A stretch of 58,336 bases of DNA, counting the filler, from Sphacelaria rigidula (lineage: Eukaryota), in assembly GCA_964200075.2 (NCBI GenBank). It is 10 parts of 10 records of this genome, joined end to end, with 100 filler letters (N's around TTAATTAATTAA, not from the genome) between each part and the next. Parts side by side here need not be neighbours in the genome. Positions count along the whole stretch, not along the records: positions 46,751 to 52,493 come from CAXNAA020024806.1; positions 52,594 to 58,336 come from CAXNAA020024807.1; 8 more parts are not named here. One strand, written 5' to 3'. Of this stretch, positions 49,905 to 58,336 are shown in pieces. The translations under genes were made by a program, and so were the position numbers. The stretch's first letter is position 1. Each line of letters opens with the position of its first letter. The notes under the pieces are model-generated. The model ran no database searches and was not told the DNA's origin. It saw nothing but the letters and a program-made list of their open reading frames with translations.

Positions 49905-50460
49905 GAGAGATGTCGCGATAGCCCCCCCCCCCCCTCCTAACAATAGAGGGTAGAACTCAGTATACTGGGAGAACGTGAAGTATACAAGGAGGAACGGGAC
50001 GTGTTGTGGAAGGGGGGATGTGGGAAGTTAACGAAGGTGGCATGAAAATGTGTGGTACATTGGACAGTCAGTGGCGAAAAAACAATCGCTACACTAAGAG
50101 ATATAGATGGCGGCTGCAGACGATGACATGGGAAGGGGATAAAACATGTCAAGAGTTTTTTTTGTATGTTCAGGAATGTCTGCAAGGAACGGAATGAGCG
50201 CCCAAATGTTGGAGGTGTCTCTCTTCGGTGCTACGTCTAGAAGGGATGGCGTGGTAAGCATCAAGGGAGTACCGCCCACCTACCCTCGAGCCAGCCCCCA
50301 AACTGCCACGAACGAATGACCACCCAGCGCATGAAAGCTCTGGTTTCAGACTACATGAAGCGCCTCATATGGGCGGCATTGATTGGCGAAAAACAATTTC
50401 AAGCGTGGGAGTTCCCAGCTGCTTGGTGTGCTCGGCTTTTTTCATTTTGATTCGTATTCG
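49905..50460. mobile_element. Sola2-like MITE interrupted in its C-run by a 5'-truncated LINE (49937-50280, +)
   Basis: MITE terminus GAGAGATGTCGCGATAGCCCC.., then LINE C-terminal sequence (YKEERDVL..EKTIA-like), then the MITE body resumes (AAACTGCCACGAA..GCGCATGA..GCGCCTCAT). Confidence 0.7.
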
Positions 50461-51043
50461 TTTAAAGATTTGACCTCCTCAAACATTCTCTTCTTAGTTT
50501 TTCTTCGTTTTTCATCTCTTGGTCTACTACGTTGTTCTGTTCTACCGTTTCTGTATTTTCCTTTTTCTTGAGCAAGTGTTTCAGTTTGTTTTGCCCGAGG
50601 GGCCCCATATCGGGAAATCCATGCACCACCCCCTCTTTCGCCGCACAAACCTCTTTCTAGGGTTGGAGGAGGGGGTGGGGGGGAGGGTACCCACTTTCAT
50701 GAGGGGGGGGGTACCCCCCTGATCGCTGTACAATGGCGATAGTATTTGCTGTACTGCACCGCACGTACTTGCCGGTTACGTTGGCCTGCGCCGGGTGTAC
50801 CGAAACGGTGAGGTAGTAGGGGTAAGTCGAAGCAAGTAGAGAAGAACATGTCCGCAGAAGCAGGGAGTGGAAATCAAAGCGCTGAGGGTACCGGCGCTGG
50901 AAATGTGCCGCAGATTGCAGAAGTCGTGAACGTGAAGTGGGCACGCACGCCTGGCACCCAGGAGTTTGCATGCATCTGCCCTTGCGGGCATGACAATATA
51001 TTGATTTCATGTTGATTACATTTCATGATTGCCGCTACCTCGA

Positions 51044-51091
<48 letters not shown>
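51044..51091. repeat. (GTT)n microsatellite
   Basis: Direct read. Confidence 0.95.
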
Positions 51092-51093
<2 letters not shown>

Positions 51094-51371
51094 TCACATC
51101 AAAACATTCGACGTTGGATACTCTTTTTCGCAACACCACCGCCATAACATTCCCCTTCGCAACCTCTCCCTCTCTTGTGTCGCAGTGCAGTATGGATTGC
51201 GATATGTAGATATAGGCGTTGTATGAACACGACTGTCTGCCCAAACGCGGGCAAAGTACGTGATTATCTGCAACTCACTCATTGTGCACGCCTATAATAC
51301 CAAAACATTTTTGTATCGACTGGTAACACCAGACAGTCAACTTACTGCATGTACATTTCATTCAGTGGAGC

Positions 51372-51838
51372 AGGTCGCCCCTGTGGCTCAGTTGGTAACC
51401 TCGAAACCTTCTGACAGTTGAATCGTGGGTTAAATTCTCGGAGCGATCTGGGATTTTTTCTCACACAATGCCCAACAGTGGAGAGCGGCTATGTCGTGGG
51501 TACACAAAATTTGACTTCACCCCTAGACGGGGAGAGTAAGTCATGCGCGGAATCGGCATCAATTTAGCTTGAAAAAAGTATGCATGTCCCAAGTAGACTA
51601 CCCTCGCGGTCTAAGGATTAACGGTCGACGAGGGACAGGGACTGCTGAACCCCTCTCGCAATAAAAAATGAAGGCAAGCATCGCAGAAGGACGGTAGGGT
51701 GCTAAAAACAAATGAAGAAGAAAAAGCTCCTGTGTTGATCTCCCTCGTGTGTGACCCCGGCTGGTGCGCCCACACATACCGAAATATGTAGACCGGCGCC
51801 CAGAATAGATTAGATGACAATACACACAACACAACACA
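51372..51838 (+). mobile_element. tRNA-derived SINE carrying a nested MITE
   Basis: A box TGGCTCAGTTGG, body and CA tail as at 15615; CAGTGG on both flanks. Confidence 0.88.
51520..51617. mobile_element. 98-bp piggyBac-like MITE
   Basis: Absent from the other SINE copies; flanks TTCA/TTAA; imperfect TIR CCCCTAGACGGGGAGAGTA vs TACCCTCGCGGTCTAAGGA. Confidence 0.7.
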
Positions 51839-52192
51839 GTGGCAGTACAGAACTGCTCGTCGTACCCCGCCCTCCTTGGAATGTCGGCCGTATCACTGCG
51901 ATAGTGTCAGGTCGGTAACAACCGGTCTTGCGAAAGCCAGCGGGACTCGGCGTTCATTATCCAGTGATCACCGCGACACAAAAGTCATTTTACAGCCGGC
52001 AAAATTGCCCCCCGATCGCCACAAGAACAACTCACACACCAAAACTCCTCGGTTTAGGGCTGCTCACGTTGAGGCGAACCTTGGAATATATCAATGATTG
52101 TTCAATTCCGTATACTAGTGGAGAAATAGGAAGAATAAGGTTTTTCCCAAATGGATTTGATATTTTCCTCATTCTCGACCGCGGGTAGGGGG

Positions 52193-52266
52193 AGGGCGTA
52201 CTCATCTGTTGTTTGCCTTAGTCGTTTGGCCATTGACCACGTATCCCTTTCGAGACGGAGCAAATT
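52193..52266 (-). mobile_element. 74-bp LINE 3'-end insertion with 16-bp TSD
   Basis: GACCGCGGGTAGGGGG at 52177-52192 and 52267-52282 flanks a subfamily-A 3' end. Confidence 0.9.
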
Positions 52267-52387
52267 GACCGCGGGTAGGGGGGGGGGGGTAGCGGTGGTG
52301 CATATATTTCCCGAGATGAGGCCCCTCGGTTTTGCCTACGGCATGTCTGTCATGTAGATAACGACCGAGACTGGATCACGACTGCCT

Positions 52388-52418
<31 letters not shown>

Positions 52419-52593
52419 ATCTTTTTGGGCCTGGCGCCCGGCCGGGTTGCCGTGGGAGTTGATACCCTCTACTCCTAGATCTGCGCCTCCACCNNNNNNN
52501 NNNNNNNNNNNNNNNNNNNNNNNNNNNNNNNNNNNNNTTAATTAATTAANNNNNNNNNNNNNNNNNNNNNNNNNNNNNNNNNNNNNNNNNNNN

Positions 52594-52651
<58 letters not shown>
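52594..52651. repeat. (TAA)n microsatellite
   Basis: Direct read. Confidence 0.95.
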
Positions 52652-52654
<3 letters not shown>

Positions 52655-54118
52655 CAATAATAACCTACCCGATCGGTTCTGTGACCTTTGTGCGAATTTC
52701 ATCCGGGTACTCGTTACTTCTGTAGGATTTATCAAAACCCTCATACCCTACCGAACGAACCTAACCCTACGAAGAAACATATCTATTCTCAGGGCTGTGA
52801 GCAACCAGCTCTGTTCAATTCGGTTAAAACTGGCCGCGCCAGCTGCCAGTACATCGTTTTTTTCCAGTTAATCGCCCCTCCGGGACGGTGGGGGGTGCCG
52901 CGCAGGAGCGCCGCCCGAGGCAGAAGAAATTACAGTGTTTGGCGTATGTTCCCTGCAAAAATCGTTGATAGTTGTGAAAAATGCTACCACTCACATCAAG
53001 CTGCTAAGAGGCTTGTACTGCTCGAAAATGTCTTCGAACGTCGTGAGCTATTAGAAAATCATCCATCTATAGTATGCAGCATCAGATACTCCCCATGAGG
53101 ACCTCAAGATCGGAACAAGTATGCCACGGCTGGCAGTACCTTGGGACAAAGAGCGCAAGTTTTCACCGCGGCTTGTTCAATAGACTGCTTGGGAATTTTG
53201 TAATCGCCAGTTACCGATATTGTTTTGCGGATTTGGTACATATCCGCTACATTACTTCGAGGTGTATAGTGGGTATGTCCTACATCATGTTTAGAACGCT
53301 CTTCATGCAATCGGCAATTTGGGGTTCGACGTTCGGCACTTCCGCATCAAGCGTCCCCCCGTAACTAAGTCACACTTCTTCATTTCTTCGTTTTCCTCAT
53401 TCGACTGACCGACCGTCGACCGACCCGCTGTCGTCGGAAAAATAAAAACTACAGACCAACAAGGTACCAACGAAGTTTGTGGTACCTGTGCTGCTGTAGA
53501 CTGCAAACTTCAATCATAGTCTAATTACATGAGGTGTTTATTTGTTACAAATTCCATATAATAAAACTAATATAAAATACTTGGTGACGACAAGCGGCAC
53601 AACACCTCCAGATGAACTGGTCAACTGGCGCTCTCGTAGCCATTTCCAGCTTAACTCCAGTTATAATGAAATCATACAGTATTTACTGGGCCAGTTCCCA
53701 GCTCATGTAATGCATGTATGTGTTCGGTGTACCTTCCCGCACGAGATAACATCACCCATTTTCAGCCCACGATCCAACACACATGCAGAACGGGGCGCTA
53801 GAAGGGGACCTCCCACCTTCTTTGTTTTTACGCAATACAACACACTCCTACATGCTGCACTTGCTTGTATAGAATACCACAGATACCGACAGGCCGGTGG
53901 TTTTCCCACTGTACGTTCATCAAGGAGTAATCTGATTACCGCAAGCAACCTATTATCCCACCTCCTTCCTTTTCGACCTACTTGACACCGTTGCTTGCAA
54001 CACCCGGTCGTCACGCATTCGCTCACAGTACAACTATGTTTCGTTCCATACTTTCCTCGCTAAACTTTCCGCAACCTTCCCTTCGTCTTTCTCCCGATTC
54101 GTTCAACATCGACAGGTC

Positions 54119-55127
54119 TGTGACGGCGGGTATCAGTCGCTTATATAGAAGGCGTTCTCGACGTGCGTGATATGGGCGATAGGTCGTATTCCAGCCGTAA
54201 GTTAGTCACGTTATATTCCAGTCTGGTCTTGCAGTATCGCCCCAGGCTGGTCACTCGTTTAGCTACCTAGCTAAGACTGATAAATAACGGAGCTATCAGC
54301 CATCACTTGAAGACATCTCGCTTGCAAGCAAGTCAAGAGCACCCTCTTCTGCACGTGAAAGTGAGTCCCTGCTTGCTTTATGGTACAGTACTGGCCGGAC
54401 TCGAGGGTCTGCTACTCACGAGTGCAAGGGGTCACTCCTCTCGACTGCAATTGTTTACCATAGCCAGCCTCTGACCTCGTGTCACCCCTGGCCTAGCATG
54501 TTCTTCGAGAGTGAAACCAGTATCACCTCGTGATCAGACCACAACAGGTGCTCCATGTGCACTACCCACGTGTCTGTATCCCAGGAGACAAAACCATTCC
54601 CAAAGGGCGCCAGGAAACGGGTCCCCTTTCTCTGCCTTGCGTGTGGCGTGGATATCGGCGTCAGCACTCCATACCACCGCATGGCCGACCCCAACGGCGG
54701 TGAAGACAGGGTATACGCCCACGCCGACGACCTGCGCAAAGACCCTCGTCAAAGCGGACGAGAACAGTTCTTCCCCTTGCTACGAATAATGCAGAACCAC
54801 CCCCACAAAAAAAATCTGTTTGACCTGTCGGCGGGGGATCATGACCCAGAATTTATAAGGTGTCATGACTGCTTTTACGACACCCGTGCCGAGCTCCCGT
54901 CGGATTTCCAACGGCACTTGTTGCAGGAGAAGGAGACATTTGCCTCGAGAAACGACAACTCTACACCTCGGAAAGTACCACGGGCCAATACTCATTCCTC
55001 CTTCCCTCCCGGAGGCGACCCCGTGATGCCACCAAGCAAAACCGACTCTTTACCCGGAAAGAAGAAACCCAATCCTACCCGACAGGGTACCCGACCCACG
55101 GCTACCAGGAGCGGAGCCGGAAACTGA
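54119..55127 (+). mobile_element. Possible decayed LTR-element remnant
   Basis: TGTGAC..GTCAC-bounded segment at 54119-54485, followed by LCLACGVDIGVSTPYH..NGGEDR, resembling the integrase motif ST.YHP..NG..ER. Weak support. Confidence 0.3.
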
Positions 55128-56107
55128 ATCACCGTTTACGGTAAATGCCACAACTACACATTCCTTTCCCCCGTCCAACCCCCTCTCCACCATCTACAGC
55201 CCCATTTTCATCCCGCCCTTTCCCACCTTCAATGCTTGCTTTCATCGGTGGCAACCTTTTTGTTTGCTTTCAACATGCCTCAGCGCAATCTCCAGCCTGC
55301 ACGCTTCTTCACGTCCCCACGTTCCTTTACTTTGCTCCTTGCCTACCTTCTTTCTACCGTGATGCGTTCCAAAACCAGATGCCTACTCTCGGGACGTGAC
55401 GGACTTTGTCACATCCGATATCATCCATGTCAGCTTCCGGCAGCGTCTGTGACTTTTTAGCGGCATCGCTTATTCTCATTTTAAACTCCGGTTCTTTCGG
55501 TGTTGTGTTGTCTTCTGTACAGTAACGTGGTCAAATGAACTTCTTCCCAGTGCTTTCTTGGGACCAAGATTGGGGGGGATCAACAGTGTCCTGAGTCCTA
55601 TATGGCCTTAGTATTGAACTCTTTCCTGTACATCACGAATTTCTGCTTTTAGGGCAGGAAGATATGAGTTGCTCGAACTTGGATCAGCTCTGGGTAGTTA
55701 CACCGAACTACTGCAGTAATAGGGTAATCAACTCACTTGATGTTGATGTTGAGCCAAGTCAGTTGATGCTTCTGTAATAGAGGTATTTCCTCATCTCCTT
55801 GAACCTGGAATCTTTTTCAATATTACTAGGTCTACTACGGGATGGTTCTCCCTGCCTGCGACATGTCGATTCCTGCGTTTGCTGTTTCTACACGTATATG
55901 CAGCAGTAGGTGGTAAGTTGGTCGTCTAGATCGCACGCCGGTAATTTGCCAGCTTGCAGTGTGTCCCTTGTAATTCAACGGTTTTTGCGGGCTCCTTTTT
56001 TTCGTGTAGCTTTTTCGTGTAAAGGCATCCTCTGTCAACTCTTGGTTTTATGGTCATGGGTGGTAGGCTGCTTGAACCCCGCGACCACGGGTCGGAGAGA
56101 AAGAACT

Positions 56108-57084
56108 AACAGCGGGTCCTCAAAAATGGGGTCCATCTAAAAAATGAGGTCCATCTAAAAAATGAGGTCCGAGTAGCATTTCGGTTTTGCAGGGGTGACG
56201 CGACACAGTTACACAGAGCGAAGCCATCTCCCCCCCCAAATGTCCGCAGCAGTTCAGCAGCTGTGGCTAGGTGCCCCTTACGAATGCGGTGTGCACGCGC
56301 GTCGATGACGATATTACCAGAGAGAGGAAGCAACGACAGAGAGGAAGCTCCTCGCCCGTGTCCTTTGTGTGTCCTCGCTCGGCGATTACCAACCGCTCGA
56401 GAGACTGGCATCGTCGATGTTACCAGCATGTACCCAATTTTCCATGTGCCAGAACACCGAGGTGCGGAGAGATTATGTCTCTTCTTGATGCTGTTAGGTA
56501 AAATCAACGATGAATAACACCTCCCCCAAGTTCCAATTGGATATATCGGTTGTTTTCGCCGCATCACCGCCCTTGCTGGCATGTGTGTGACAGAGAATAG
56601 TAGTAGCGGTGACGGGAACATTGCCCTATTTTTCAACGACATGCTTTTCAGCGCACAGAGGCGCGTCCTGTCGAAAAAGAGAGGCAGAGAGAAATCCATC
56701 TTCGCATTGGTGAGCTCGACAGGCAAGAAGAGACATAATCTCTCCGCACCTCGGTGTTCTGGCACATGGAAAATTGGGTACATGCTGGTAACATCGATGA
56801 TGCCAGTCTCTCGAGCGATTTGTAATCGCCGAGCGAGGACACACAAAGGACACGGGCGAGGAGCTTCCTCTCTGTCGTTGCTTCCTCTCTCTGGTGATAT
56901 CGTCATTGACACGCGTGCACATCGCATTCGTAAGGTGCACCTAGCCACAGCTGCTGAACTGCTGCGGACATTTGGGGGGGAAGATGGCTTCGCTCTGTGT
57001 AACTGTGTCGCGTCATCCCTGCAAAAAAGAAATGCTACTCGGACCTCATTTTTTTGTGGACCCCATTTTTGAGGATCCGCCGTT
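56108..57084. mobile_element. Foldback element: ~360-bp inverted arms around a 236-bp spacer
   Basis: 56108-56487 is the reverse complement of 56724-57084 with scattered mismatches; the left arm has an extra ~18-bp tandem copy. Confidence 0.9.
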
Positions 57085-57934
57085 TTATGTCACCAGAAAG
57101 GCAATTTAAACAGCGAAACCACACTTATCAACCAACCTTTCACCACCATAGTGCGGCAGGCACCGTAATTCATCAAGCAGGCCGACCTCTGGAAACGCGG
57201 TGACTCGAAACAGCACTAACGAACGAATTTACCCAACGTGCGAATGCACGACCTTGTCGTTCTTTATCATGTAGCAAGCGAAAGAAGGAGGTGTATTGGA
57301 TGGTCTCACGGCATCCCAGCCCACATGCTGAGAGAAGTTGAAAACTACAGACAGTTCAATGTTCCACACCTAAGTACGCATGAAATGGAGAAAAGTGTCA
57401 GCCGTCTGGTGAATATATATACAAATATATCGGAGAGAAGCGGGTTTTCTAGTCAGTACAGTCCCTCCTCCAGGCGGGCACCAAAACAGCCCTCAGTTGG
57501 GATGTGAAAGTACATACTCTACGCAGAAGCTGGAAACGAGCACGATGAGAGTTGGTCTCTAAGCAGCCGTCAGAGCAGCCGTGGAAAAATCAATACAATA
57601 AACAAAGGGTCATCATCGTCGAAATTGAAGCTCAGCTTGTTGAGGCTCTCTCATCATTCCACATTCTGCGCCGTACCCCAATGAATCGGGAACGTTCCGC
57701 GCTGACACATGTTCAACCGGCAGCCAGAAAAACAGCAATGCCATAAGCAGGGGCTGTTGATTCCAAATCGAAACACCAGTCTCCCTTTTGCAACCCGATC
57801 TTGGACGATCACTGGTCTGACTCATAGAGCGCATCATAACCCGCCAGGTATACAGATGCGCCCCTAGCGCTAACCTGTGCATCAGCCCGCATTAGAGTCG
57901 CAGCCAGATTAAGCGGTACCGCCGCTGAAACAAA

Positions 57935-58230
57935 TCACAATCGATTCCGCAGCAGATGTACCGTGTATCAGCAAAAGTTCATAGATGAACGCCCGGCCAT
58001 CATGGCAGCTGGTATAACGCCAGTACCGCCGGGGTATATGGATCTCAGAAGCGCGGACGACTCCCCCATAAAACTCCCAGGCTTCATTCATTTCGAGCTT
58101 ACGTTGGGGAGAAAAACCCTGCCAGCAGATCGTTTGTATTACCTAATCTGGGGCCGGATTGTCTATTACTAGACAACTCCATTAGGAGTGCTTTTAAAGC
58201 TATACTCTGTACTCGACTGGCAGACGGAAA
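57935..58230 (+). mobile_element. Gypsy-like aspartic protease remnant
   Basis: Frameshifted IDSAADVPCIS..DLRSADDSPIKLPGFIHFELTLG..FVLPNLGPDCLLLDNS..DWQ. Confidence 0.6.
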
Positions 58231-58238
58231 AACGAACG

Positions 58239-58336
58239 GCTAATGCCGAGATAGCCCCCCCACAAAACGTGCACCGGCACAATCCAACGAACCGGCTGCG
58301 ATCCCACTATTGGGCTCGTTTGCAGCAATTTCGCCC
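58239..58336 (+). mobile_element. Sola2-like MITE family left end
   Basis: TAATGCCGAGATAGCCCCCCCACAAAACGTGCAC..TTGGGCTCGTTT matches the other copies. Confidence 0.55.

Noticed and set aside
49662..50000. ~180-bp tandem duplication
   Set aside because: Same pattern: it straddles a 10-N gap next to a homopolymer, so it is probably an assembly overlap.
5745..52593. Regularly spaced TTAATTAATTAA motif and any apparent gene neighbourhood (TPT1, MAK16, PTPS)
   Set aside because: Artificial linker between length-sorted contigs; adjacency across linkers has no biological meaning.
56106..57072. 280-aa and 163-aa ORFs with mirrored peptides
   Set aside because: By-products of the inverted repeat; no recognisable domain.

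Overview
This window is not one locus. It is ten unrelated contigs of 5744 or 5743 bp (1-5744, 5845-11588, 11689-17432, 17533-23276, 23377-29120, 29221-34964, 35065-40807, 40908-46650, 46751-52493, 52594-58336) joined by an artificial 100-bp linker (N44-TTAATTAATTAA-N44). The DNA is eukaryotic, intron-rich and repeat-rich; a stramenopile such as a brown alga is my inference. Hand-splicing recovers partial host genes: a Ser/Thr kinase (3 exons), tRNA 2'-phosphotransferase TPT1 (4 exons), MAK16 (5 exons), an atypical PTPS/QueD-family enzyme (2 exons, GC-AG intron) and an ABHD4/5-like hydrolase (2 exons). The rest is mostly mobile DNA: Copia and Gypsy remnants, RTE-X-like LINEs, a tRNA-derived SINE, Sola2-like and piggyBac-like MITEs, foldback elements and a decayed XPG/PIN-nuclease (AcademX-like) element. 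The most notable signals are: (i) a LINE family ending in oligo(C) rather than poly(A), inserting into C/G runs and carrying a covarying two-hairpin 3' end; (ii) a circularly permuted single-LTR Copia bracketed by two DNA-transposon ends with a split 4-bp TSD; (iii) the AcademX-like remnant. No CRISPR array, rRNA or bona fide tRNA gene was seen.
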